The notes under the pieces are model-generated. The model was not told the DNA's origin and made no database searches. It was given only the letters and a program-made list of their open reading frames with translations. A DNA stretch of 64,000 bases from Vicinamibacterales bacterium (GTDB taxonomy: Bacteria > Acidobacteriota > Vicinamibacteria > Vicinamibacterales > JAMQPK01): contig CAWGSZ010000001.1 of the NCBI GenBank assembly GCA_963825295.1, positions 293,298-357,297 on the forward strand, written 5' to 3'. This document shows positions 36,323-46,112 of the stretch, in pieces. Each line of letters begins with the position of its first letter. The stretch's first letter is position 1. The translations under genes and the position numbers were made by a program.

Positions 36323-37381
36323 TCACTCGACCGCAAGCAGCACTCCGTGACAACTGAAGCCCGCGCCGAACGACGACATCCACCAGTGGCCGCCGGGCGC
36401 CTCCTCGTCGAGCGCGGCTTTGAGCACGAAATACACGCACGGGCTGCTGACGTTGCCGTAATCGCGCAGCACCGAGGCGCTCCATCGCGTCTGTTCCTCG
36501 GTCAGCCCCACGCGCTGCCGGATCGCCGCGAGAATTTCACGCCCGCCGGCATGGAGAATCCACCCGGTAATGTCCTCGCGCGCCATCTGGTCGCGCTCGA
36601 GCCCGTCTGCCAGCACCTCGTCGACATGTCTGGCGGCCAACGCCGGCACGGCGGTTGTGAGGATGTTGCGCAGCATGCCTCGCCGTCGCTCGAATCGCAG
36701 CTCGTCACGATCGACCGCGTTCAGCAGTGTGCCCGCAGACTTCCACTCGATCCGGCGCCCGCCCGTCACCGGCTCGGATGTCAGGACGGCGGCGCCGGCG
36801 CCGTCGCCGAAGAGACACGCGCTGATGAGCACACCCGGATCGTCGTCCAGGTACATGGCGGCGCTGCAGACCTCGACGCAAATCGAGAGCACATGGCGCG
36901 CGCGGCCCGACGCGATGAGCGCCTCGCCCGCGCGCATGTTCGGTATCGCGGCGCCACACCCCTGTCCGACGAGATCGAGCGCCAGAATATTCGTGCGCAG
37001 GCCGAGCCGCTCGCTCACGTAGCTCGTCAGTCCCGGACAGAGATAGCCCGTGCACGTGCTGATGACGACTGCGTCCATCTCGGCCGGCGTCCGGCCGGCG
37101 GCGTCGAGCGCGCGCTCGGCCGCCCGCGCGGCGATGGCAGGCGCGTGAGCCGCGAACCGCGCGTCGAGCACGTCGGGATCGAACGCAAATGCTTCGCTGA
37201 GATGATCGAACGCGAGGTGGCGGCTGCAGATGCCGTTGTTCCCGCGCAGCACCTTCCTGAGAATCGCCTGCGATCGGGGATTCAGTTTCGACAAATACTG
37301 TGACGCGACGAGCGCATCCCAGCACTCGGTCTGCGTCCAGCGTCGGGGTGGCGTCGCGGTGCCAAGGCCGGCGAGGAACAT
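36323..37381 (-). CDS. type III polyketide synthase (chalcone/stilbene synthase family)
   Basis: Active-site context VISTCTGYLCPGL, HAGGREIL, YGNVSSPCV (Cys-His-Asn triad contexts), and C-terminal FGAGFSCHG. Confidence 0.85.
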   Translation of the reverse strand: MFLAGLGTATPPRRWTQTECWDALVASQYLSKLNPRSQAILRKVLRGNNGICSRHLAFDHLSEAFAFDPDVLDARFAAHAPAIAARAAERALDAAGRTPAEMDAVVISTCTGYLCPGLTSYVSERLGLRTNILALDLVGQGCGAAIPNMRAGEALIASGRARHVLSICVEVCSAAMYLDDDPGVLISACLFGDGAGAAVLTSEPVTGGRRIEWKSAGTLLNAVDRDELRFERRRGMLRNILTTAVPALAARHVDEVLADGLERDQMAREDITGWILHAGGREILAAIRQRVGLTEEQTRWSASVLRDYGNVSSPCVYFVLKAALDEEAPGGHWWMSSFGAGFSCHGVLLAVE

Positions 37382-37424
37382 CTCCTAAATCTAGCCGAGA
37401 AAACGGCTTTCAGGTTAAGGTCAA

Positions 37425-38333
37425 ATGATGGCCACCCGTTCGAAATGGCAGCAGCTCCCGACAGAGGCAGTGAACCCGCGCAGCCGCGGCATCGACGCGT
37501 TGTCGTCAGGTGAAATGGTCGACGTGATGGTTGTCGATGGTCGTGCCGTTCTGGCCGCCGTGCGTCACGAGAAGACACGCATCGCCCGGGGCGCCGACAT
37601 CATCGCCGCTGCCATGCGCGATGGAGGCCGATTGATCTTCGTCGGGGCCGGCACCAGCGGCCGTCTCGGCGTGCTCGAAGCGGCGGAGTTGCCGCCCACC
37701 TTCGGCATCGAACCGTCGTCGGCCACGGCGATCATGGCTGGAGGTGCGGCCGCCGTGCACCGCGCGAAAGAAGGCGTGGAAGACGACCACCGCGAAGGCG
37801 CACGCGCGATGCGCGCGCTTCGACCCCGCCGCAAGGACGTGGTGATCGGCATCTCGGCGAGCGGCATCACGCCGTTCGTACACGGCGCTGTCGAGCGTGG
37901 GCGTGCCGCGGGCGCGCACGTCATCGGCATCACGTGCGATCCGCGTTCTGCGCTCAGGAAACTCGCCGAGGTCACCATTGTGCTGAACGTGGGGCCCGAG
38001 GTCATCGCGGGGTCCACGCGGCTGAAGGCCGGGACGGCCACCAAGGTCGTGCTGAACATGCTGACGACGGCGGCTATGGTGCGGGCAGGGAAGACCTATG
38101 GGAATTTGATGGTGGACGTGAAGTCGAATTCGGAAAAGCTGCGCGATCGCGCGCGCCGCATCGTGGCGGGCGTGACCGGCCTGGAGTACGAGGGGGCCGA
38201 TGCATGGCTCCGGCGATCGGGATGGAACGTCAAGGCCGCCATTCTCATGCAGCAGCGGGGCATGACGCGCCGGGCCGCGCTGTTACGTCTGCGTGCCGAG
38301 CCTCGACTTCGAAAGCTTCTCGGCGGACGGTAA
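37425..38333 (+). CDS. murQ: N-acetylmuramic acid 6-phosphate etherase
   Basis: SIS domain with FVGAGTSGRLGVLEAAELPPTFG and ISASGITPFV..GSTRLKAGTATK. Confidence 0.85.
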   Translation: MMATRSKWQQLPTEAVNPRSRGIDALSSGEMVDVMVVDGRAVLAAVRHEKTRIARGADIIAAAMRDGGRLIFVGAGTSGRLGVLEAAELPPTFGIEPSSATAIMAGGAAAVHRAKEGVEDDHREGARAMRALRPRRKDVVIGISASGITPFVHGAVERGRAAGAHVIGITCDPRSALRKLAEVTIVLNVGPEVIAGSTRLKAGTATKVVLNMLTTAAMVRAGKTYGNLMVDVKSNSEKLRDRARRIVAGVTGLEYEGADAWLRRSGWNVKAAILMQQRGMTRRAALLRLRAEPRLRKLLGGR

Positions 38334-39038
38334 ATCCAGAATCACCTCGACGTTCGGATGCAGTTGCAGCAGAGATGCCGGCAGCGCGGTCGAGATCTGT
38401 CCGTTCACCATGGCCGCGACCGCGCGCGCTTTCGGCCGGCCCATGGCGACGAGCACGATCGCGCGAGCGTCCAGCATCGTTCCCACGCCCATCGTCAACG
38501 CCTCGCGTGGCACTCTGTCGAGCCGCCCGCCGAACAGGGCCGCATTCGCACGGCGGGTTTCGATCGCCAGTGCGGTGCGGTGGCTGCGGGCCCGCAGGAC
38601 CCGCGCCGGCTCGTTGAAGCCGATGTGTCCGTTGCGGCCGATGCCGACGAGCAGGAGGTCGATCCCGCCGAGCAACGCGATCTCGCGCTCGAACCGTTCG
38701 CACTCGGCCTGGTGGTCGGTGGCGGTGCCATTGAGAAAATGCACGTGGCGGGCAGGGAGATTGATGCGCGAGAAAAGGTGCTTGTGCATGAACGCGCAGA
38801 AGCTTCGCTTGTCGGTTGCCTGCAGGCCGACGAATTCGTCGATGTTGAAGGTGTGCGCCTGCGAAAAATCGGCGGTGCCGGCGTCGTGCAGCGCGGCCAG
38901 CGCGTCGTAGATGGCGAGCGACGTGCGACCGGTCGGAAGGCCGAACACCGAGGCGTGCTTGCGCGCGAGCTGGGCCGCGACAGCGGTTGCGGCGGCACGG
39001 CCGGCTTCCTCAGCCGATCGAAACACGCGAACGTTCAT
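38283..39038 (-). CDS. nagB: glucosamine-6-phosphate deaminase
   Basis: GLPTGRTSLAIY, FNIDEFVGL, GIGRNGHIGFNEP. Confidence 0.85.
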   Translation of the reverse strand: MNVRVFRSAEEAGRAAATAVAAQLARKHASVFGLPTGRTSLAIYDALAALHDAGTADFSQAHTFNIDEFVGLQATDKRSFCAFMHKHLFSRINLPARHVHFLNGTATDHQAECERFEREIALLGGIDLLLVGIGRNGHIGFNEPARVLRARSHRTALAIETRRANAALFGGRLDRVPREALTMGVGTMLDARAIVLVAMGRPKARAVAAMVNGQISTALPASLLQLHPNVEVILDLPSAEKLSKSRLGTQT

Positions 39039-39982
39039 GTGAGGTTGGGACGATAGACCGGCAGCCGCGCGTCGCCGCGCAACTCGGCGAGCGCGAGGCG
39101 TACCGCGCCGAGCGCCGGCGGAACATCGAGGCGCATCACCGTGCTCCGGCTGGCGAGAGACGGAAGCTGAAGGTGCAGCTGTTCACCGAGCCAGGGCACC
39201 GCCTGGAACATGCCGCCCGACAGCACGAAGGTGAACGACTTGCCGGTCAGTTCGAGGCGCGCCATGACGGCCGACGCCGCCGTGATGAGCTCGTCGGCCG
39301 CACTTTTCAGAATGCCCGTCGCGACCGTGTCGCCTTCGTCGCGCGCCTGCTGCACGTACTTCGCCACGGCCGCAATCGAGCGAGGGCTCAACTCCTCGTG
39401 ATACACCTGATAGATCAGTTCCGAGGCACGCTCGACGCCGAAGTGGTTGAGAAGCCGCGGTGTCAGGCTCGTGATGCGTCCGCGCCCGTCTGCATGACGC
39501 ACGACGGCGCGCAGCGCGAGACGGCCAATCCAGTAGCCGCTGCCTTCGTCACCCAGCACGTACCCCCAGCCGCCCGCGCGCGCCGATTCGCCCCGGTCGT
39601 TCTGCCCGTAGGCAATGGATCCGGTACCCGAGATGATGACGATGCCGGGATTGTCGCCGACGCCGGCCCGCAGCGCGATCAACGCGTCGTTGACGACGAG
39701 AATCCTGGCTTTGTAGCCGATGCGGCTCATGATGCTGCGCACGATGGTCTCGTCCGACGGGCGATCGACGCCCGCGATACCGAGGCAGATGGCCGATGGC
39801 ACGATGCCCGTTCCCTCGAGCGTCTTCTCCATCACCGAGTGCACCACCTTCTCCAGCGCCAGCTCGCCGACGCCCTGCAGATTCGCGCCCTCTTCGCGAC
39901 CTTCCGCGATGACGCGCGCGTCCTGATCTGCCAGCAGGCACGTGGTTTTCGAGCCGCCGACGTCGATGCCAAGAACGTACAT
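39035..39982 (-). CDS. N-acetylglucosamine kinase (BadF/BadG/BcrA/BcrD ATPase family)
   Basis: LGIDVGGSKT, ISGTGSIAYG, GGWGYVLGDEGSGYWIG. The stop overlaps the nagB start. Confidence 0.75.
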   Translation of the reverse strand: MYVLGIDVGGSKTTCLLADQDARVIAEGREEGANLQGVGELALEKVVHSVMEKTLEGTGIVPSAICLGIAGVDRPSDETIVRSIMSRIGYKARILVVNDALIALRAGVGDNPGIVIISGTGSIAYGQNDRGESARAGGWGYVLGDEGSGYWIGRLALRAVVRHADGRGRITSLTPRLLNHFGVERASELIYQVYHEELSPRSIAAVAKYVQQARDEGDTVATGILKSAADELITAASAVMARLELTGKSFTFVLSGGMFQAVPWLGEQLHLQLPSLASRSTVMRLDVPPALGAVRLALAELRGDARLPVYRPNLT

Positions 39983-40000
39983 TCTGGATATATTACGTGG

Positions 40001-41254
40001 ATGATCGTCCTCTCCGGCGCCGATCTCGTTCTACCAGGCGGTGTGCAATCGCGTGCCACGCTGGTCATTGATGGGGAACGGATAGCCGATGTGAGCAGCG
40101 CGACGGCCCCGCCGGCGTCTTCCACGCCGCTCGACGGACACATCATCGTGCCCGGGTTCATCGATGTGCACGTCCATGGCGTCGACGGTATTGACGCGCT
40201 CGATGGGTCCGATGCCACGGCCGCCATTGCCAGCCGGCTGCCGAAGTTTGGCGTCACGGCGTTCTGCCCGACCACGGTCGCATGCGGACCTGCCCGCCTG
40301 CGCGACGTGCTCGAGAGCGTGGCCAGACTGCGTGGCGCAATCGATGGTGCGGCTCGCGTGCTGCCCGCCCATCTGGAAAGCAACTTCATCAATCCCGACT
40401 ACAGAGGCGCGCAGCCGGTTGAGTGTCTGCGCGCACCTCTGGGTGCGTTGGGTGCGAGGGGTGCGTTGGGTGCGAGGGGTGCGTTAGGTGCGTCGGGTGC
40501 GACAGGTGCGATGGAGGATTTCGATGCCGCCGACATTGTTGCCGAGATCGATCGTGCCGGTAGCGCCGTCGGCATTGTAACGCTGGCGCCCGAGCTCGAC
40601 GGCGCGCTCGACCTCATCCGGCATCTCGTGTCGAAGGGACGGCGGGTTTCGCTCGGGCACTCGGGCGCTGACATGGAGCAGGGACGCGCCGCAATCGAGG
40701 CCGGTGCGACTCAGGCGACGCACCTCTTCAACAGGATGCCGCCGTTCGGCCATCGCCAGCCGGGGCTGGTGGGCGCGATCCTGTCGAGCGAACGTGTGGC
40801 CGCCGAAGTGATTTGCGATGGTGTGCACGTGCACCGCGAGGTCGTGCGCATGGCGGTCTCCACCAAGGGAACGGCCAGGATGATGGCGATCACCGACGGG
40901 GTCGCCGTCGCCGGCATGCCGGACGGCTCGACGGCACTGCTTGGTGGACGGCAGATTCGCGTCGACAAGTCCGCCGCGTATCTCGAAGACGGCACGCTCG
41001 CGGGAAGCGTGACCACGATGGACCGCGTATTCAGATTTCTCGTCCGCGACGTCGGGCTTTCACTCGTCGACGCGGCGCATCTGTGCTCCACCACGCCTGC
41101 CGCGGAACTGAACCTCACGGATCTCGGCGCCATCACCAAAGGTGCCATCGCCGATCTCGTCGTCCTCGATCGCAACTTTCATGTCAGGCAGACCTACGTC
41201 GCCGGCCGGCTGGTCTACGACGGCGAAAAAGGCTCCCGGAGCCTTTTTGAGTAA
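40001..41254 (+). CDS. nagA: N-acetylglucosamine-6-phosphate deacetylase with an in-frame repeat insertion
   Basis: ATG at 40001. GFIDVHVHG, HLESNFINP, LGHSGA, THLFNRMP, ITDG. It contains the 72-nt GGTGCG array. Confidence 0.85.
   Translation: MIVLSGADLVLPGGVQSRATLVIDGERIADVSSATAPPASSTPLDGHIIVPGFIDVHVHGVDGIDALDGSDATAAIASRLPKFGVTAFCPTTVACGPARLRDVLESVARLRGAIDGAARVLPAHLESNFINPDYRGAQPVECLRAPLGALGARGALGARGALGASGATGAMEDFDAADIVAEIDRAGSAVGIVTLAPELDGALDLIRHLVSKGRRVSLGHSGADMEQGRAAIEAGATQATHLFNRMPPFGHRQPGLVGAILSSERVAAEVICDGVHVHREVVRMAVSTKGTARMMAITDGVAVAGMPDGSTALLGGRQIRVDKSAAYLEDGTLAGSVTTMDRVFRFLVRDVGLSLVDAAHLCSTTPAAELNLTDLGAITKGAIADLVVLDRNFHVRQTYVAGRLVYDGEKGSRSLFE
40441..40512. repeat. 8 x 9-nt tandem array (GGGTGCGNN) in frame inside nagA
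   Basis: GGGTGCGTT GGGTGCGAG GGGTGCGTT GGGTGCGAG GGGTGCGTT AGGTGCGTC GGGTGCGAC AGGTGCGAT. It encodes GALGARGALGARGALGASGATGAM. Confidence 0.9.
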
Positions 41255-41263
41255 GATCGCCGG

Positions 41264-42514
41264 ATGGATCTCGAGCGAAAACTACAGGTTTATGCGGAGC
41301 TCGCGGTAAGGGTTGCGCTGAACGTGCAGCCCGGGCAGCGGGTGATGATTATCGGACCGCTCGCCAACGGCGGCGCGTCCCTTGAATCAGCTCCACTGGC
41401 CAGGCAGATCGCGGCGGCGGCCTACCGCGCCGGATCGCCGCTGGTCGAGACGATTTACGGCGACGAGGCGCAGCAGTCGCTTCGATTCAAGCACGCGCCG
41501 CGCGAATCGTTCGGCAGCTTTTCGTCGTGGCTGCCCGCCGCGCTCTCCGAGCACGTGCGAGCCGGGCACGCCGTCCTCTCCATCAGCGCGAACGATCCGG
41601 ATCTCCTGCAGGGGGAGTCGCCCGATCTCGTCAGCACGCTGCTTCAGTCGACGGCCCGGGACATGCGGCCGTTTCGCGAGCAGGTCTCGCGCAACGACAC
41701 GAACTGGGCGGTCGTTGCGGCCGCGAGCGCCGGGTGGGCGGCGAAGATCTTTCCCGGAATCCCCACGAGCGCGGCGGTGTCGAAGTTGTGGGACGCCATC
41801 GCCCGCATGTGCCGGCTCGACACGCCGGATCCTCTCGCCGCCTGGGAGGCGCACCTCGGCAACCTGGCAGCGCGCGCCGAGTATCTGAACAACAAGCGCT
41901 ATTCGGCGCTCAAATACACAGGGCCTGGCACCGATCTCACGCTCGGCCTTCCCGAGGGGCATGTCTGGGTCAGCGGGCGAAGCGTGAGCCGCGGCGGCAT
42001 TCCGTTCACGGCGAACCTGCCGACCGAAGAGGTCTTCACGATTGCCCATAAGGATCGCGTCGACGGCACCGTGCGCGCCTCGAAACCGCTCAGCTACGGC
42101 AGCACGCTCATCGACGGCTTCAGCGTGACGTTCGAGCGCGGCCGCATCGTGACGATGACCGCGGAGAAGAACGCCGACACGCTGCAGCGGCTGCTCGATA
42201 CCGACGAAGGGGCACGGCGGCTCGGCGAAGTCGCGCTCGTCCCCAACAGCTCGCCCATCTCGCAGTCGGGCCTGCTCTACTACAACACCCTCTTCGACGA
42301 GAACGCGGCCAGCCACGTCGCGCTCGGCAACGCCTACAAGTTCACGTTGAAGCGTGGCAACGACATGAGCGATGAGGAATTCGAGCAGGCGGGCGGCAAC
42401 CGCAGCGCCGTGCATGTCGACTTCATGATCGGATCGGGCGCGCTCGACGTCGACGGGGTGCTGCCGGGTGGTTCGACCGAGCCATTAATGCGGAACGGGG
42501 AGTGGACGAAGTAG
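41264..42514 (+). CDS. M29 family aminopeptidase (AmpS/PepS-like)
   Basis: LQVYAELAVRVALNVQPGQ.., NLPTEEVFT, VALVPNSSPIS.., VHVDFMIG. Confidence 0.8.
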   Translation: MDLERKLQVYAELAVRVALNVQPGQRVMIIGPLANGGASLESAPLARQIAAAAYRAGSPLVETIYGDEAQQSLRFKHAPRESFGSFSSWLPAALSEHVRAGHAVLSISANDPDLLQGESPDLVSTLLQSTARDMRPFREQVSRNDTNWAVVAAASAGWAAKIFPGIPTSAAVSKLWDAIARMCRLDTPDPLAAWEAHLGNLAARAEYLNNKRYSALKYTGPGTDLTLGLPEGHVWVSGRSVSRGGIPFTANLPTEEVFTIAHKDRVDGTVRASKPLSYGSTLIDGFSVTFERGRIVTMTAEKNADTLQRLLDTDEGARRLGEVALVPNSSPISQSGLLYYNTLFDENAASHVALGNAYKFTLKRGNDMSDEEFEQAGGNRSAVHVDFMIGSGALDVDGVLPGGSTEPLMRNGEWTK

Positions 42515-42576
42515 TAAGATTCCCCATCCAATTCGATGGTGTCAGGAGGGTCGCATTGACAGCGAAACGTCGATAT

Positions 42577-44370
42577 ATGTGCGGGACTGTCGCGGCGTGC
42601 GCGCTCGCCGCCGCGGTCACGATGTCGGTGCGTGCCGAGCAGGCGCCTGCACCCGCGACGCAGAAGCCGGCCCCCGCGCCCGGCCCAGCCGCCCCGGTGC
42701 TCGAGCCGCTCCCGATGCCGGAAATTCTCAAGCAATACCAACCGGTTACCGCCGACAGGCTCAAGGCGCCACCGGACGGCGACTGGCCCATGATCCGGCG
42801 GACGTACGACGGATGGGGGTTCAGCCCGCTCGCGCAGATCAACCCGGGGAACGTCAGGCGCCTGCAGCCGGTATGGGTCTTTTCGACCGGCGCCCAGAAC
42901 GGTCACGAGGCGCCGCCGGTTGTCGTGAACGGTGTCATGTTCGTGTCAACGCCGGGTAACCAAGTCATTGCGATCAACGCGAAGACCGGCACGCTTCTGT
43001 GGCGGTATCGGCGTCCGTTGCCGACTCCGGTGGTGCTCCTGCACCCCACGAGCCGGGGCGTCGCGGTGTACAACGACAAGGTGTACTTCGCCGCCGGCGA
43101 GGCCGTGCTCGTCGCGCTCAACGCGAAGACGGGCGATGAGGTGTGGACGGCACAAGTCGCCGACAACGCCAGCGGCTATTACATGTCGCTGGCGCCGCTC
43201 GTCGCCGACGGCAAGGTGATGATTGGCACCTCGGGCGGAGAGCTCGGCATCCGGGGGTACGTCTCGGCATTTGATGCGGAAACGGGCAAGGAGATCTGGA
43301 GAACCTACACGGTTCCCGAGCCTGGACAGCCCGGCAGCGAGACCTGGCCGAAAGGCGATGAGTGGAAGACCGGTGGCGGATCGGTGTGGGTGACGGCGAA
43401 CTACGATCCGGCGACCAATCTGTCCTTCTGGGGCACGGGTAACGGCGGACCGTGGATGGGCGATCAACGCCCCGGCGACAACCTGTACATCGGTGCGACG
43501 ATTGCCCTCGACGTGGCCACCGGACGCATCAAAGGCCACATGCAGTACAACCCCAACGAGTCGTGGGATTGGGACGAAGTCTCGCCGCCGATCCTGGTTG
43601 ACTTCCAGCGCAACGGGCGTACGGTCAAGGGCTTGATCAACGTGGCGCGAAACGGCTATCTGTACTTCCTCGAGCGCACGGACGGTCCTATCAATTTCGT
43701 TGACGGCACACCGTTCGTCAGGCAGACCGCCTACCGCGGCCTCGACCCCAAGACGGGCCGGCCCGACGTCGATCCCGACAAGAAACCCGGTACCGACAAG
43801 CCGGCCGACTTCTGTCCGTCCTGGTGGGGTGGAAAGAACTGGCCGCCTGTGGCGTTCAATCCGAAGACGCGGCTTCTCTACATTCCAGCCAACGAGAATC
43901 TGTGTTCGACGATCACCGGCCGTCAGGTCCAGTACATCCCGGGGCGTACCTACACGGGCGCACAGACCCGGCTCTATCCCTACCCGGGCGCGAAGCACTT
44001 CGGCGAAGTGCAGGCGTGGAACGTCGATACCGGCAAGCGCGTGTGGACGCACACGTTTGCGAAGTCGGCCAACTGGGGACCGATTCTGACCACGGGCGGA
44101 GGCCTGGTGTTTTCGGGTGGTACGAACGACCGTATGTTCCGGGCGTTCGACGCCAAAGACGGCAAGGTTCTCTGGGAGACGCCGACCAATTCCGGCATCA
44201 TCGGCGTGCCAATGTCGTTTTCGGTCGACGGCCGGCAGTACGTCGCCGTGCAGTCGGGCTTCGGGATCGACTCGCGCGCCATGCAGGCGCTTCTCAACCG
44301 CGCGTTTCCCGGAGAGTTCCCGGAAGTGCCGGAAGGCGGGGCGATCTGGGTGTTCGCGCTGCCGCAGTAA
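42577..44370 (+). CDS. PQQ-dependent dehydrogenase, methanol/ethanol family (D-W-D motif, no vicinal Cys pair)
   Basis: 8-bladed quinoprotein pattern (YDGWGFSPL, NGHEAPPVVVNGVMFV, GGGSVWVTANYDP, WGTGNGGPW). WDWD at 43564-43575. A signal peptide follows ATG 42577. Confidence 0.8.
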   Translation: MCGTVAACALAAAVTMSVRAEQAPAPATQKPAPAPGPAAPVLEPLPMPEILKQYQPVTADRLKAPPDGDWPMIRRTYDGWGFSPLAQINPGNVRRLQPVWVFSTGAQNGHEAPPVVVNGVMFVSTPGNQVIAINAKTGTLLWRYRRPLPTPVVLLHPTSRGVAVYNDKVYFAAGEAVLVALNAKTGDEVWTAQVADNASGYYMSLAPLVADGKVMIGTSGGELGIRGYVSAFDAETGKEIWRTYTVPEPGQPGSETWPKGDEWKTGGGSVWVTANYDPATNLSFWGTGNGGPWMGDQRPGDNLYIGATIALDVATGRIKGHMQYNPNESWDWDEVSPPILVDFQRNGRTVKGLINVARNGYLYFLERTDGPINFVDGTPFVRQTAYRGLDPKTGRPDVDPDKKPGTDKPADFCPSWWGGKNWPPVAFNPKTRLLYIPANENLCSTITGRQVQYIPGRTYTGAQTRLYPYPGAKHFGEVQAWNVDTGKRVWTHTFAKSANWGPILTTGGGLVFSGGTNDRMFRAFDAKDGKVLWETPTNSGIIGVPMSFSVDGRQYVAVQSGFGIDSRAMQALLNRAFPGEFPEVPEGGAIWVFALPQ

Positions 44371-44480
44371 GCGTGCGCCGGCAGTCGCTCGTCGAGCATC
44401 GTCGGTTGACCAGCTCCGGGTGCTATTTCGAAAACTGTTCCAGAACCAATTTTGAAATCTCCCGGAGCGATAAACCCGAG

Positions 44481-46112
44481 GTGAACGCGGTGTCAAAGGT
44501 GAAGCGGAACATGGTGCTGGCAGTTCTCGCGATCTGCATCTTCGCGCCGGTCCGCCCCTTTGCCCAATCACCGGCCTCACCGCCCCTCGCGGATTGGCTG
44601 ACCGACGGCGGCGATCCGCAGCGCACGGCCTGGCAGAAAAACGAGCGCCTCCTCAGCGTTTCGAGCGTCAAGGGGATGCGGCTCTTGTGGAAGTACAAGA
44701 CCGACAACGTGCCTCGTGAGATGCACGCGCTGTTCCCGCCGCTCATCGTCGGGCGCGTCGCCACCGCGGCGGGACCGAAGCAGGTCGCGATCGTCGCCGG
44801 TATCTCGGACAACCTTTATGCGATCGACGTGGCGACCGGCGGGCTGCTTTGGAAACACCATTTCGATACGACGTTTTCGCCGTCGCCCAGCGTGAACTTC
44901 GGCACCCTGTGCCCCGGCGGGCAGCTGGCGACGCCGGTGATCGGGCCGGGAAAGGCTCCCGGCAGCTACATCATCTATGCGGCGGCGTGGGATGGCCGCC
45001 TGCATCAGCTGGACGTGGCGACAGGCAAAGCCGTCGCCCCGTCCGAGCTGTTCATGCCGCCCAACGGCAAACCGTACGGCTTGAACCTGTTCAACAACGT
45101 CGTCTACACGACGAGCGCACAGGGATGCGGCGGCAATCCGAACTACGTGTACGCGTTCGATCTCGCGACGCGCAGAACCGCGACGTTCGATCCGGGCAGC
45201 GGCGGCATGTGGGGCCGCAGCGGTCCTTCGATCGGCAAGGACGGAACGATTTACACGGGCACCGGCGACGGCTCCTACAATCCGGAGCTTCGCTCCTACG
45301 GCACGGCGATTATCGGCGTGAAGATCGACCCGAAGACCGGGGCGCTGAAGCTGAAGGACTACTTCGGTCCGCCCAACGCCGAATATCTCCTGAAGCGCGA
45401 CATCGACCTGCAGGTCACGGGGCCGGTGTTCGATCACGATGGCCGCGAGTGGCTCGTGCAGGGCAGCAAGGAATGCCGCACGTGGCTGCTCGATACGAGC
45501 GCGCTGGGCGGCGAGGATCACTCAACCGCCGAGCATCGGTCCGCGCTCATCTGCAACGAGGATCAGGACTATCAGGCGGCCGGCATCTACGGCGCGATGG
45601 CCAGCTATCTCGACGCACAGGGCACGCGTTGGGTGCTCGTGCCCTTCTGGGGACCGAAACACCCGAAGTTCAAAGCGCCGATCGAGCACGGCGAAGTGTT
45701 CAATGGCGCCGTGGCGGCATTCCGGATGGAAAAGGATCCGGCGACGGCACGCTATCACCTGGCTCCCGCCTGGATCTCGCGCGACATGAAGCACGCCGAC
45801 CCGCCGGTCGTCGCCAACGACCTCGTCTTTGGATTCGCGAGCGGCGAGGATGTGGTCCTGCGGTCCCCCCCGATGCCGTACGGCGGTGAACCGGCTAACG
45901 GAGGGACGCCCGGGCGCATCTCGCGGTCCACCCACGCGGTGCTCTATGCGCTGAACGGACAGACCGGCGACGTGCTCTGGTCGAGCGGCAACGAGATCGC
46001 GTCGTGGAACCATTACAGTGGCATTTCCGTCGCGAACGGGCGCGTGTACATCGGAACCTACGACGGCGTGGTGTACTGTTTCGGGCTGCCGGAGGCGGAG
46101 CATCTGAAATGA
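44481..46112 (+). CDS. PQQ-like (BamB-like) beta-propeller repeat protein, secreted
   Basis: GTG 44481 or ATG 44511, then a signal peptide (KVKRNMVLAVLAICIFAPVRPFAQ). Repeated ..LYAIDVATGGLLW.. type blades. Confidence 0.7.
   Translation: MNAVSKVKRNMVLAVLAICIFAPVRPFAQSPASPPLADWLTDGGDPQRTAWQKNERLLSVSSVKGMRLLWKYKTDNVPREMHALFPPLIVGRVATAAGPKQVAIVAGISDNLYAIDVATGGLLWKHHFDTTFSPSPSVNFGTLCPGGQLATPVIGPGKAPGSYIIYAAAWDGRLHQLDVATGKAVAPSELFMPPNGKPYGLNLFNNVVYTTSAQGCGGNPNYVYAFDLATRRTATFDPGSGGMWGRSGPSIGKDGTIYTGTGDGSYNPELRSYGTAIIGVKIDPKTGALKLKDYFGPPNAEYLLKRDIDLQVTGPVFDHDGREWLVQGSKECRTWLLDTSALGGEDHSTAEHRSALICNEDQDYQAAGIYGAMASYLDAQGTRWVLVPFWGPKHPKFKAPIEHGEVFNGAVAAFRMEKDPATARYHLAPAWISRDMKHADPPVVANDLVFGFASGEDVVLRSPPMPYGGEPANGGTPGRISRSTHAVLYALNGQTGDVLWSSGNEIASWNHYSGISVANGRVYIGTYDGVVYCFGLPEAEHLK

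Noticed and set aside
38987-40000. N-terminal 338-aa extension of the nagA ORF (755-aa ORF).
   Set aside because: It is antisense to the GlcNAc kinase gene and low-complexity. The NagA homology starts at ATG 40001.
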